DNA of 64,000 bases from Octopus vulgaris (taxonomy: Eukaryota), in assembly GCA_951406725.2 (NCBI GenBank), contig OX597820.1:71734001-71798000 (forward strand), written 5' to 3'. Made by a program: the position numbers and the translations under genes. Below the pieces are notes generated by a model, which saw only the letters and a list, made by a program, of their open reading frames with translations, had not been told where the DNA came from and searched no databases. Numbering within the stretch: position 1 is the stretch's first letter; each line of letters starts with the position of its first letter. Positions 26,824 through 40,397 of this stretch are shown one piece after another.

Positions 26824-26860
<37 letters not shown>

Positions 26861-26864
<4 letters not shown>

Positions 26865-27195
26865 CCCCTTTGGTCATGAATGACTATGGTATTGCACCTA
26901 GAAAGTTACCCTCCGAGGCACAAGTCTGGGCAAGGTTGCTTGTGGAAGGCCAGCAGTTGGCCATGCATACCAGCCTCCCTTCTCCACACCACTGATGTTA
27001 TCCAAGGGAAATGCAAAGGCTGATACAGCTTGGCACCAGTGATGTCACAACTCATTTCTACAGGTGAGTTAACTGGAACAACACGAAATAAAGTGTCTTG
27101 CTCAAAAACACAACACGCAACCCGGTCCAGGAATTGAACTTACAACCCCACGATCGTAAGCTCAACACCCTAACTACTGAGCCATGCACCTTCAC
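26861..27195 (-). mobile_element. tRNA-derived SINE (same family as 7392)
   Basis: Reverse complement gtgaaggtgcatggctcagtagttagggtg...gttcaattcctggacc...gagcaagacact; (TA)n on both sides. Confidence 0.85.
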
Positions 27196-27296
27196 ATATA
27201 TACATACATACATATATATATATATTCACATATATACATATATATGTATATACATACATATATATATATATATATACACACATATATATATATATA

Positions 27297-29175
27297 TTAG
27301 TTGAATTGGCCGGTAACACCCAGAAAAGCAGGGGTTATTTTCACTTCCCATTACACTGTTTCATATCCTATCCCACTTCCTGTTCAGTTCCTGTTTTAGT
27401 TCTGCTCCCATTCCTATCCCCAATCCTATGTCAATATATAAATTTTAGAATCAGTGTGGTGTAATTAAGCCATAAATATTTTATTAACCTTTATGATAGT
27501 AGGCGCAGGAGTGGCTGTGTGGTAAGTAGCTTGCTAACCAACCACATGGTTCCGGGTTCAGTCCCACTGCGTGGCATCTTGGGCAAGTGTCTTCTGCTAT
27601 AGTCTCGGGCCGACCAATGCCTTGTGAGTGGATTTGGTAGACAGAAACTGAAAGAAGCCTGTCGTATATATGTATATATATATATGTATGTGTGTATGTG
27701 TTTGTGTGTCTGTGTTTGTCCCCCTAGCATTGCTTGACAACCGATGCTGGGTGTGTTTATGTCCCCGTTACTTAGCGGTTCGGCAAAAGAGACCGATAGA
27801 ATAAGTACTGGGCTTACAAAAGAATAAGTCCCGGATCGAGTTGCTCGATTAAAGGCGGTGCTCCAGCATGGCCGCAGTCAAATGACTGAAACAAGTAAAA
27901 GAGTAAAAGAGAGTAAAGAGTTTATTGCTAAAAATAGGTATTACAAACTATTAACACGATTAGTGAGAGAATAAGGAATGTCCCTATGTTATTTTAACAA
28001 ACGAATATGCATCTGAGTAAAATAAATGATTTGGTCGGCAATACTAGGAAAGATGGGGGTTATCCTCAGTTCCTGTTTACCATTACACTGTTCCATGTCC
28101 TATCCTGCTTCCTGTTCAGTTCCCATCTTTATGCCCAACTTGTCATTTATGGTAATAGTTTATTGCTTAAAATAGGTATTACAAGCTAATAATTTGATTA
28201 GTGGGTGAATAAGGAATGTCCCTATATTATTTCAACAAGTGAATATGCATCTGATTAAAATAAATTAGATAAATAGATAGATTTACAAATACATTGATAA
28301 ATAGTCTGTGTATTGTAGCTGGCGTTGTCACTTGTCATAGCTTATTGTAGCTGATTTGTAAACATGTGCTACAGCCCCCTCCCTAGGGGGGGGGGCATTA
28401 TAGATTTTTATTGATATCCAATTCACCTATAATTCAACTGGATATTAGGAACAAATAAATAACAAAATCGGATTTAATGTGGAAAATTATTTCAATATAC
28501 CAAATTTGAAAATTTTGATGTAATTTTAAAATCTCACCAATATGTGACAGCAACAGGGAAGACCCTATAAAAGTAGTGATAGACAGTTATAGGACATGAC
28601 ACACACACACATACACACACACACACACACATACACACAGATTTACAAATGTACACACAGGTAATCATAAGTTTGAAATGGTGTATATTAAACATATGTA
28701 TGTATGTATATGTGTGTGAGTATTTCTTTGAGATGGACAGCAGAAAAGCCACCTACCCCCTCTCTCCTTAAAGCTACATATTCCTGACACCCACCTTTCT
28801 GTGTGTGTGTGTGTGGTATCTATGTATTTACGAAAGTATGTATGCAGCATTGTGTGTATATGACAGCTATATTAACAATAACATCCCATTGCCACCACTG
28901 TTCTTATATTCTCTGATATAAGTCACCCTCACTCTGCCACTACCTTTCCCTCTGACTAATACTTTTTGCAACCTTCTCATTTTATCATCTAATTCACTCA
29001 ACACCCCTGAGAAGGTGGGGCACATTATAGATTTTTATCAAAACTCGATTAGCCTGTTATTGAACTGGATGTTAGTGTATGCAAAATTTAATGAATGTTG
29101 GTTTGCTGTTTTAGACACTATGATGGTAACAGGCACACAGACAGTCAAACAGAAATTGCCATTTACATATTAGAT
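27297..29175 (+). mobile_element. Putative non-autonomous Helitron/Helentron-like element with internal duplications
   Basis: Two internal direct repeats (27307-28028 vs 28031-28266; 28372-28460 vs 29001-29080) and a 3' end 'tatgcaaaatttaatg...cacacagacagtcaaacagaaattgccatttacatattagat' reminiscent of HINE/DINE-1-like termini. Family assignment is inference. Confidence 0.35.
27502..27920 (+). mobile_element. Young tRNA-derived octopus-type SINE (OK/OR-like family)
   Basis: ggcgcaggagtggctgtgtggtaag (A box), gggttcagtccc (B box), internal (TA/TG)n, tail ggcggtgctccagcatggccgcagtcaaatgactgaaac + (gagtaaaa)n; CpGs preserved. Confidence 0.92.
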
Positions 29176-31030
29176 ACATGCATACATACTAATCTCCATT
29201 TCTACCAAAGTTTTAACAATTATTGTTTTACCATAATATTTCTCCTATACTTCATTACTACTAGTTGTCTAATCAGTACCATTCCCATATATAACTTAAA
29301 TAAGATAGACAATGTATATATGAAACAAGCCTTACACACCTCAGTGTTTGATCTAAGTTGATTTTTGTGATTGCCAAACTGTTGAATTGAATCATTCTAT
29401 ACTAGGTTTTCCATATGAAAGAAACCAAGAATTTTAAACAAAGACTTTTTAATAGTGGCACAAGGCCACACAATTTGTGAGGAACAGTTGAGTGACTTAA
29501 ATGAAAGTCAGCATTTTATTGCTACTTATTTTGTTGACCCTCTCTACAACCCAGAGAGGATGACGGGCAAAATCAGTCACTGAGATTCAAATACAGAACA
29601 TAGAAGGATATCAATGAATACCAAAAACATTTTGTCCATCGTTCTTCAAATTCTGATAATCTACCAAATAATGGTACTGAATAATCACACACCACTCAGT
29701 TTCACCATGGATTTTAAGCTCAGTGTTCTTGCTAACACCAACCACTTTACGGAATGTACTATGTACATTTTTTCATGGCCCTTATCACTAAACAAGTAGT
29801 TTTTGTCTAGGCTACAAGGTTCTCTTGTCCCTGTGTTTTCTCCACTCAATTTGACTATCATTTTATGTGTCCTTGGTAGTGGTTTTTTTTATGGCACCAG
29901 TGTTAGTGAAGTCACTTTGTTACTCACTCTATAGAGCTGCACAACTGAAAGGAAGAATAGGAAAAATTGATAAATTTAGGCAAGGTATTGAGTGAAGTTA
30001 AAATATGAAAGATAGGAACAGATTTATTGCTGTGATAGGGTTGTATTGAAGTGATTAGCTGAGGACACTGATGAGAAGTAATGGAAGGAGAAGAGAGGTG
30101 TCAGCAGTTAGTGAGTAAGAGAGAGGGACAGGGGTTGTTTCTCATTAACCACTCACATATATTGGTGAGTGTATGTTTTACACACACACATACACACAAT
30201 AAATATAAAGGTACAGGATTTGCAAAGTGAGACATAGTAAGGATAATGTGAGGTGAAAAAGTATTAGATGTGTACAGCTAATTTAGATGAGTGAAAAACC
30301 ATTAAGGTAGTAGTAGTGGTGGTGGTGGTGGTGGTGGAGGTGGTGGTGATGGTTGGTAGTTGGTGTAGTAGTAGTAGTAAAAGGAAAACAACACATTTGT
30401 GTCAGTGATTTTAGAATGTTGGTGTGTGAGTCTTTGCCAATCAGTCAGATCACCGTTTTTCTTTGAATATGGGTCTAGGTTTTATATGTGTGTGTGTGTG
30501 TAACAGTAATGCTGTCCCAGATATGTGGGGAACAGTGAATTTTACTTAAGCTTTGGAGAAAGTAATCAACTAATTAGAGTAGAAGTGTTTTTTGAGCTTG
30601 AAAGGAAATTTATTCTTTGATGTGCAATTTTCACTTTATTACAGATGTGTGGTCACCATTGAAGATTGTCAGAGGTTATAAGGCCTAGCATTGTAGAAAT
30701 CGGAAATTTGTTGTTATTGGTTCACCCCAGGTCAATTCCAATTGAGAGACCTCTGATTAAAGGCATTCAAACTGTGGTCTCCTGTCTTTTAGGAGTATGC
30801 AGAAATACAATATCTAATGTGTCAAGTTTGTAGGGTATAATTTGAGAGAGATTTAGCTGATATTTTTAGCAAGTTAAGTAGCCCTACAAATGTTTCCTCA
30901 TCGATCAAGACTTCTTTTAGCTGTCTAAATTCCCAAGTAGAGAGAGTGATCATTTTCATTTCTGTGGCCTTTATATGTGTAATGAGGGCTTGATACTGTG
31001 GAGGAAATTAGGCTGCCATGTTCTCTTTAA

Positions 31031-31652
31031 CTCTTTTGATACCAACCCGGCTGAAAACACCTCTGGCTTTGTAGTACAAATGTCTTGTTTTCATAAGCTT
31101 TGAATTAAAATCTTCCACCAAACCTTAGTATCAAATTATTTTCCTAACACTAGCTTAATGATTACCAAGTTATTTTACTAAATTCTTAGTTATCATCATC
31201 ATCATCATCATCATCGTTTAGCGTCCGTTTTCCATGCTAGCATGGGTTGGACGGTTCTACTGGGGTCTGTGAAGCCATAAGGCTTCATCAGGCCCAGTCA
31301 AATCTGGCAGTGTTTCTACGGCTGGATGCCCTTCCTAACGCCAACCACTCCGAGAGTGTAGTGGGTGCTTTTTACGTGCCACCCGCACAGGTGCCAGACA
31401 GAGCTGGCAAACGGCCACGAACGGATGGTGCTTTTTATGTGCCACCGGCACGAGGGCCAGGCGAGGCTGGCAACGGACACGAAACGGGGCGGTGCTGGCA
31501 ACGGTCGCGAAACGGAAGGTTCTCTTACATGCCACCGGCACTGGTAACACATCTGCAATTTCCATTGATCGATTTCGATTCTGATCCTCACTTATTTGAG
31601 ATTAATTGAAAGAAACACAGAACATCTCAGAAGAAATGCGGTAACGAAAGGG
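31031..31652. mobile_element. piggyBac-like MITE interrupted by an RTE fragment
   Basis: TTAA-ctcttttgatacc ... ggtaacgaaaggg termini; the right-hand TTAA is not preserved. Confidence 0.6.
31194..31593 (-). mobile_element. Young 5'-truncated RTE LINE 3' UTR
   Basis: (CAT)n tail, CpG-rich, with repeated 'ggtgctttttacgtgccacc' units; matches 51743-52170. Confidence 0.9.
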
Positions 31653-32329
31653 TGTTTCCAGGGATTATGTTCGTAGAAACTGTGCCAAGTCTGAAACATG
31701 ATATCTAAGTCATATGTGAATGATGTGAAATGTTAATGACTGAGTAACATGTAGTGTTATATGTAGAAGAATTTTTGTATGTGTTTAATTAGAAGGAACC
31801 AGGTCATAAAGTACTGACAAAGTGTATTAAAGACAATAATAAAACCCTGAAACAAGCTTGGATTTACAAAAGTTGTTTGAAGTAAGTTCTCTTGACACAC
31901 ATTGCAATGGAGAAGTCTGACTATAAATTTGAACAGGCAACTTTGCTAGGAAGTTATGTCAGACATCAGATTAGATTTTACCTGTCAAAGCTAATAAAAC
32001 AGCTCTTACTGAAATTCTCAAGGATCTAAATCACTGGTGCATCATGTTAGAGAACAAATATTTGGCAAAACTAAGTCCTCAAAGACTGTCTTAGTTTTAG
32101 GTGAGGAGAATAAAAGTAGATGATAAAGATGAATCTGGCTGTTTATATCATGGACTATCTACAAAACTTTCTTTTAAGGAAGAATCATATATGCAAACAA
32201 TATCAGTGAGTTTAATATAGCTGAAAGCTAGCTTGAAAGGGATTTAATAAAAAAACAAAAACCATAGCTGTCAATGTGTGATTATGACATGGTAGTATGT
32301 ACCATGCTTTGGCTAATTGTTTTAAGTTA

Positions 32330-32578
32330 CTGTATAGCAGTGACCAGACAGAGATATCCTCTCAGTTCTTTCATCCTTGATAAGCAGAACATTGAGGACA
32401 TGATGCCTGAAGGGAGTGAGGGCTGTACTAGCAATGGGCTGGTTCTCTTTTCTTGCTGAGTAGACTGGAGCAATGTGAAATGAAGTGCCTTGCCTCAGGA
32501 TACAATGTATTTCCTAGTCCAGAAATTGAACCTGTAACCTTGTGATCACATGCCCAACACTCTAATCACTTAGCCATA
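32330..32578 (-). mobile_element. Decayed tRNA-derived SINE
   Basis: gctgagtagactggagcaatgtgaaatgaagtgccttg...aattgaacc...taatcacttagcca. Confidence 0.65.
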
Positions 32579-33645
32579 TTCTGTCAAGGTTTCTACATTA
32601 TTGATTAGGAAAATACTTTCAAGGTATAAAATTTTGCTATCTTTCAATAATCACTTCAGTGGTACTATTGATTTTTTGGTTAGGCATGTTCACATATGTT
32701 AACTGACCAAAGGGCAAACTGGAGCAACCTGCAAGCCATAGATAACACCTTACATGTGATCAAACACATAGAAAAATATACACAATATATATCAAATTTA
32801 AAGATGTTGCTCTAAAAGCTTTTCTGCAATGTGAATACAAACAGCCTCACAATAATACTGTTAAACAGATGAGATATAAATATCCAATTTATTTCATGCT
32901 ATCTACAAGAATACCAAAAGATGTGATAAATAATGAATTTCAATGTCTTTTTAAGGCCTTTAAAAACCTACTCTGTATCTACACTGAATGTGAATGTACA
33001 GTTACTGCCAAATCTTTTTTTTTTCATCCATTGTTCCAAGTTAGGTAACATCCCATGGTTTATTTGCTGGAGCAGTTGTTTTTATTGTAGATTATTCTTT
33101 CAATCTCTAATCTGAGTACTAAGAAGTGAAATCTATTTCTTGTTCAGTCAGGCAAACTGGAGCAAGCAGATTTATGTGCTTTGCTCAAGGGTTTAACACA
33201 ATGGTGGTTTTAAGATTTAACATTCTGAACACATAAAAGCTTCGTGGTTTTTCAAGCATATCAAATTACAGTTCTATCTATTTCTCACTCACTGATCCCA
33301 GAGAGTTTTTATCTCATACCTTATGACTTAACACAACAGGAAAATTGGTCCTTCTAGCATACCTAACAAAATCCTGAAACTTTTTTAAAATGAAATATGT
33401 AAACTATTGGCCCTAAGCATTATTCTACCGTTTTCAAACAAGGCATTTGCTGTTAATTCAAAAATAAAGTAATTCCTGGTTTCAAAAAATATTTTCCACC
33501 GAAGCACTGCAACTATAAATCTATCTTTCTGTTAATTATCATTGAAAAGATAAGGCATTTACATCTAATAGAATTTCTTGAAAAGTTTCAATGGTTTCTT
33601 TCTATGCAGTTTTGATAATTGAAGAGCCAACCAGTATTATGTATA

Positions 33646-34061
33646 CTCTCTCTTTTACTTGTTTCAGTCATTTGACTGCGGCCATGCTGGAGCACCGCCT
33701 TTAATCGAGCAACTTGACCCCGGGACTTATTCTTTTGTAAGCCCAGTACTTATTCTATCGGTCTCTTTTTTTGCCGAGCCACTAAGTAACAGGGACATAA
33801 ACACACCAGCATCGGTTGTCAAGCAATGCTAGGGGGGACAAACACACTCACACAAACACACACACGTATATATATATATATATATATATACATATATACG
33901 ACAGGCTTCTTTCAGTTTCCGTCTACCAAATCCACTCACAAGGTATTGGTCGGCCCGGGGCTATAGCAGAAGACACTTGCCCAAGATGCCACGCAGTGGG
34001 ACTGAACCCAGAACCATGTGGTTGGTTAGCAAGCTACTTACCACACAGCAACTCCTGCGCC
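33646..34061 (-). mobile_element. Young tRNA-derived octopus-type SINE
   Basis: Near-identical reverse complement of 27502-27920; possible TGTAT TSD. Confidence 0.92.
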
Positions 34062-34227
34062 TGTATCTTAATTAACAGCACCAAAAACATGTACAAAATT
34101 ACAAAGCTCTTCACTAGTCAATGTACATCTTGGTCTTTTGTTAAATCAAGGAGGCAAAGGGTATATTCAGGCATCATAGCATTATACAACCTACAAGATC
34201 TCTCACCCTGCAAAATATTAAAATACC

Positions 34228-34445
34228 ATCATCATCATCATCATTTAATGACTGCTTTCCATGCTGACATTGGTTGAATGGCTTAACTGGAGCTGACAAG
34301 CCAGAGTGCTGCACCAGGCTCCAATTGTCTGTTTGGCATAGTTTCTATGACTGGATGCCCTTCATAATATCAACCACTTTACTGAGTGTACTGGATGCTT
34401 TTTATGTGGTGCTAGCATGGGTGCTTTTTACATAGCATCAGCATG
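34228..34445 (-). mobile_element. RTE 3' end fragment (old)
   Basis: (CAT)n-ttaatgactgctttccatgctg...ctggatgcccttc. Confidence 0.7.
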
Positions 34446-34479
34446 GGAATTCATGAAGTTTGTGAAATCTTCTTTTCCT

Positions 34480-36340
34480 CCATTTTCTGAACATGATTGA
34501 TATGTTAGCAGAACTCCAACTGAAAAAGCTTCCACATTTGCAGCCAGCTTTATATCAAACACCAAGCTCGCTACCATGTACACATATGTGCCTAGTAAAA
34601 AGAAGCTCTTCTAATCGCTTCAAATCAACAAGGCCATCAACTCTGGTAATGTCCCTTCCCTCTCAAACAACACATCCAAAACTACCCCTTACCTTCACCA
34701 AACTTTTCATTCTCTCTCTCTCTCTGTCTACATGGATCTCTTCTAATCTTTGAAACATGCCACAGAATTTACTATTACAAGAAGGCGAGGACAACCCTTC
34801 TGATCTAGCCAACTATTGTCCAACTGAGAACAATTGTATATCACTTGTTGTTACCATCCCTTTTGAAATGTTGTCCAATTGTTCTCAATTGTACATCATT
34901 TCGAAAGGGATGGTAACAACAACAACAATCTTCTATAATAGATTGAAACTCTCTCCCTCTTCAGTGATCACCAGTATGGCTTTTGTAAAGACAGCTACAT
35001 AGGAAATCTAATGTGCCATGTTACCAACTAGTGAGCTCTTGCCTTTCGAAAGTTTTATCTTAACAGTGTGTTGTACTTGACACAAGAGCATAAGATAGAC
35101 TCAGTCATTTAATCAGTTAAGAGTTGCCTCCCTTTCTAGCATTTGGTGCTGATGAGAAGATAACCACTTTTAAATGTGTGCATCCTTTGAGCTGGATAGA
35201 GGCTTACTTTGAACTGATCTGTATGTTTACACCCTTTTTTGTCCTCTGTGAGAATATTTATAGATGAAAAAATGTTGTAAATGACCTTCTTACAGGTTTG
35301 AAAATATTTAAAGCATATTTGAACTGGTAACACGTTCACTATGTCTCACCATGTCTAGCACACTAATCTTCTGAAAAACTCACCACCAACTGAGTTCCAT
35401 TCATCTCTTGTCTCTTGGATTGATGTTTTCTTGCAGGACTGCATCATCAGGATCTCTACTGATGGAACTCTCTTTTACCCACACTCAGTAACTCTGATGG
35501 ATTCCAAAGTTTGGTTTTGTCTTCCAGTGTCTCCAGCAATGCCTGCTCCTATGTAAATGACAACCTCCTTAATACACCTCTAATCTTCCATACACAATGA
35601 TCATTTCCATACAATCTTGATACTCCACACCAGAGCCCAAGTGATTCCATGAACAGAGACCTTAAAAACACCCTCCAGATGGATCAAATGGTTAATTCCA
35701 ATATTGTTTCTTTCTAGTACAGACACTATCACTATGTATATATCAGGAAAACATCACTGCATTTTATACCATCCCTAAATTATGAGCTGCATACAACTAG
35801 AGCCCTTGTGATCTCTCCAAATTCTAGGCCTCAAAACCATTAAGAATCTTGTCTTGTAAATATACTTTGCATGTCAAAAATTGGCCTTCCTATTTAGGGG
35901 CAGAAAATACTTCACCTTTTATCAAATACTTACCCATTACAACCTGGCTGGAAGATGTTGTTATACATAGAGACAATTTAAATTGCATTTTTCAAAGGCC
36001 ATCTAACTTTCATTCGCCAAAATACTTCTAACCTTTTAACATGCTACTTTCTTTTCTCTGCCCCTTCTTCTGCTACTGTAGTAGTAGTCTCTGCTTTTCA
36101 GAATTTTCTGGCATTGGACCACTTCCACACCAACACACTTGGCTTACTCATCTCATTTCCTGTCATCACCCATATGATGCATCTTTCTCTCAGACTACCC
36201 ACTGTACCATGCCTTTGCCGTAATATTGCTCTCCTATTACAATTCCCTCCTTGCACTTCTTGTGACTTACAACTCGTTCAAGAGGAATGTTAGCTGTATT
36301 GATCTCACTCGTCTCAGCATATTCCCTTTCTCTAGACCAA
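34480..36340 (+). mobile_element. Heavily decayed CR1/Jockey-group LINE RT relic
   Basis: Broken frames give 'DNPSDLANYCP', 'SDHQYGFCK', 'LLKN', 'WIDVFLQD.IIRISTDG' in RT order. Confidence 0.6.
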
Positions 36341-37650
36341 TTCAATAAAAAAACTGAATTATTCTATACTTTCTTCTTTACCGTTACAACTAATGCAGTT
36401 TCTTCTTCTATTCAAATCTTATTTAGTCTGGGCAGCCATTTTGAATATATTTTTTATGTTGTAATTTGTGTTACTGTCTCAATGCTGTTATTTATACCAG
36501 TAAGTTCAACATGTATTAATTAAATATCCAGCGTGGAATATTTAAAGGAAAGCATCTTTCCATTCTCTCAAAACTTACTTTATTATATTTTTGTTATGCC
36601 AATATCATTATTGTTAAAACTACCCAAATACATAAACTTATTCCCATCTTTTTATACTTCTCTGAAATGGTAACTGATGCACACACTTACATATTGAAGA
36701 AGCTAATGTTAGTTTCAGTAGTTCAGCCTATTTTCTATTAAATAGAGCTGTTTGGTCAATGACATTGCCAGGTAACCCGTCAAAATAATTGTCCAGGTAT
36801 TAAAATGTAAAGGACGTCATTTATTAAATATCCTTTGGATTTTATAGGCAATTATTCTGAGAAATTAATAGGCATGATGAAACTACATTCAATGTAGCAC
36901 TTATATTACTTTGTTAATGTCACAAAATGTTGCAGTATATCATGAAGTTAGTTATATGATCTTCCATATGGGATTTACATGGAAATTTAATTAGAAGAGC
37001 TTGATATACTAGAGACATGCGTTAATCAGATGTGCTTCTCTACAGATAGTGATCTGCAATATTTTTCATTTGAACATTCTTTAATGCTTCCCCCTGTCGT
37101 ACTGAAACCTGCTTGCTTTTCTTCCTAGATAAGAATTCACATAGCAGTTCCCTAGATTGTGCATCCTGCTGCTGCTGCTGCTGCAAAAAAAAAAAAGGAA
37201 CTTCCCAAACACTTGTAAATTTCTTCGCTATTTATACTAGAACATAAATTCAAAAACAGGAAAATAAAAGGGCTGTTTTTCTCAAGATTTTCTTAATTTC
37301 ATTTCTATGATATTAGCAACACTTGTTTCAAAGAAAATTGTAATTCAAAGCCAATTAATGTGCCTTTAATTTGTGATTCATATTTTTTCTTGTTGTGTGA
37401 TGTTCAACAGATTTAAAGAATTCTTATAATGCACTGCAATAAACCTAGTCCTTTTCCAGATATTGCTCCTTATTGCACAATTGTATGAGATTGTACTGCT
37501 GTGATAGCCATTATCTGAGCTTCAAGAATTTCCATGTTTATGTTATTTTTTGAAAAATTCAGGTTGCAAATTTTCATATTATTGTCTAAAAGGCAATGGC
37601 AATCTAGTTGTTATAACCAAAACTATTATCTTTTGATGAGAGATTAATAA

Positions 37651-39894
37651 TACTGGTCAACTAAATGAAACTTTTTTTAATCATCAGAGTTGCTGATTGA
37701 CTTTTCTGGGTTAATTTTTGATACTGATTATGAATCTGAAGTCTGATTTCCTTTATCAGGTCACATTTTCATGTTAATGATACCCACTGTTTTAACTTAT
37801 AGGATATATAAAGCATGTCTATATAAAGTCTATTGAATACAAGATACGATAATTTCATGGCTTTTTATTGTACAAAATTAAAATTATTGTGTGCAAATAA
37901 GTTACAATACACGCAAATGCGTAACAACTTGAAATCTTTGGGATTTGGACTTTCTATGGTGTTTTGTCTTGGGTTCATCCCTGTATAACATCCAACAGTA
38001 GTCAGCTAACATTCCTGCATTCCAAAATCCTTAATATCCTTGTTCCAGCGATGCAATACCTTGATGAAAGCGTTCCCCTTGCTCATCAGACACAGCTCCA
38101 AGGTTCTCTGCAAAAATGTCCAGATGTGGATCAAGGAAATGGACTTTTAGTAACATCCGACAGCCCATTGCAGCATAGGAGTCTAGAAGACATTTCACTC
38201 CATTTCTAAACTCTAGAGATCTCTTGTTGTCTAGGAAATTTTCACAGAGCCATTTGAAGGATTCCCAGGCTTTAAACTCAATCTCATCCAGTGCTGTGAG
38301 GAAGTGGTTGTCCTTCAGGAGTTCTTTTATTTGCAGACCTATGAATACGGCCTCCTTCAGTTTTGCCTCGGTGATTTTTGGAAATTTGGCCTTTACATAT
38401 TCAAAACCTTCTGAACTTTTCCTGGCAAGTGTCTTCACGAATTGTTTCATGAGGCCAAGCTTTATTGAAGAGGGGGAAGAAGAACATTTTTGGGGTTTAA
38501 AAGTGGCTTACTCTGGACGCTAGAAACTCCTGGCTCATAGGATTTTCGCGTAAGCGACTCTGATTGCACATAGTGCTTGTTAGTTGCACGACTGTCCCAT
38601 AGGCATAAAAAGCAACAATATTTCGTGAACCCAGATTGCATTCCAATCACCTTCAAGTCTCCACATATTTTCCAGCTGTAGTTTGTGTACTTTACGACAT
38701 TAAGGAGTACTTGCATGTTTTTATAACACTCCTTCATGTGCACTGAATGTCCTATGGGAATGGATGGTTTCTTATTGCCGTTGTGTAGTATTACTCTTTT
38801 GAGGCTTCTCTTAGATGAATCAATGAATAAGCCCCATTCAGCTGGAACATGCTCTTGGAACAAACAGCAAACTAACTCATCAGTGTTATTACTGAAACAA
38901 AGTGGTCCATCAACAGAGAAGCATGAAGTCAGATCCCTATTTCTCTTCCTGAAACGAGTAATAAGCAGACACTTTTCTTGTAGGCAAGATGCTAATAGTT
39001 CAGCTTTATCCTTCAACAATGAAAAGTCTCTAACTAAATCATTTAACTCTCCTTGAGAAAATTTCTGTGATATGTCTTCATTTTCAATTGTGAAATCTGC
39101 ATCCACTTTGGTGTCTTCCACAGCAGTAGTATTTTCTTCAGGAAATACATCTTTATCAGGCATCTGAAGGCCATTTTCTGGTGGTATTGGAATAGGAAGA
39201 TCATCATCGTTGTGTGATACTGGTCTTCTTGCTGATTCCAAGTTGGGATACACAATCTTATGCTGCTCTTCACAGTAAACCCACATACATTAACATTGCA
39301 GAAATAACAGTCCATGAAATGATCCTTTGGCTCTCTCCATATCATAGGTATTGCAAATGGCATTGCTCTCTTCCTCTTATTTAACCAATCCCTTATTCCA
39401 TTTGAACAAGCTGACCAGATGATGTGCAGGGCCCAACTCTTATCTTGATCCTCAAGAAAGCAGCCAAAGTATAACTGGCAGATCTTCTTGATTTCACTTG
39501 TGATGGCACGTTGCTGAGCTTTGGTGGTAAATGAACCACAGACATGACAAAATATATCAGGACTGTTCTTGCAATGCCTTGACATCCTGAGTAGAATTTG
39601 ATGATGATGATGACTTGGTACTTTAAAAAGAAAGTAAAATTTATGAAAAGAAAAGATTATGAAAATTTTAAATGATAAAATTAATACAAATAGTTATAAA
39701 ACAGAAGTCAGAATCTACCTGTATAAGGCATTTATGTGTAGCAATACTGCTGATGGGAGTTATATATCTCTCTTATCTCATCAGAAAAACTGTGCCTGAT
39801 AGAAGGAAACCGATTACATTTTTGAAATCTGCAGACAAAACTACATATAAAACACCATATAATTTCCCTGATGAAAATTGGCTGTTGACCAGTG
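37651..39894 (-). mobile_element. Chapaev3-type (CMC superfamily) DNA transposon, near full length
   Basis: Short TIRs (t/c)actggtcaac / gttgaccagtg, TAA trinucleotide on both sides (TWA TSD), 2244 bp. Confidence 0.85.
37954..39585 (-). pseudogene. Chapaev3-type transposase pseudogene
   Basis: MSRHCKNSPDIFCHVCG...PMIWREPKDHFMDCYFC (Zn finger), LFIDSSKRSLK, ICGDLKV, CCFLCLWDSR, LLPPL/IKLGLMKQFVK, SDEQGERFHQ, MLADYCW. Split across ORFs 39043-39585, 38462-39286 and 38031-38450. Confidence 0.88.
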
Positions 39895-40180
39895 TAATGA
39901 GTTATGTGGCTTGGTAGGTTGGGTAGATCAGCAGGTGGGTTTTCAGATAGGTTTGTAGAGTGGTATTTGGTAGATTTGGCTGCTATTTCAAGTTGGTCAT
40001 GTAATTTCACTGGCTTTTATGTAGTCTGGGACTTTCTATTCTAAGTCATGTTGATTTCAATAAATAGAGTAGCTGCTTCTATTTTTAAAGTACCTCTATA
40101 TTTTTGACATGAAAATATTACTATGCCCCTCCCACTTCACTCTCTTGATTTTAAAGTTGCTCCAGTTGCCTTAATAATGG

Positions 40181-40397
40181 TTTCAAACTTTGGCATGAGG
40201 CCAACAATTTTAGTGGGGTGGAGTTTGTCAATTATATCAACCCCATTACTAGAATGGTGCTTTATTTTATCAGTCCCCAAAAGATGAAAAATAAAGTTGA
40301 CCTCAACTGGATTTGAAATCTGAGCATAAAGAATCAGAAGAAATACCACTAAGCATTGTTGCCTGATGCGCTAATGGCTCTGTTAGCTTGATACCTT
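40181..40397 (-). mobile_element. Decayed SINE with 17-bp TSD
   Basis: Similar to 60512-60724; flanked by agttgccttaataatgg at 40164-40180 and 40401-40417. Confidence 0.75.

Noticed and set aside
27502-27575. tRNA-like sequence
   Set aside because: It is a SINE head continuing into SINE body and tail, with no proper cloverleaf.
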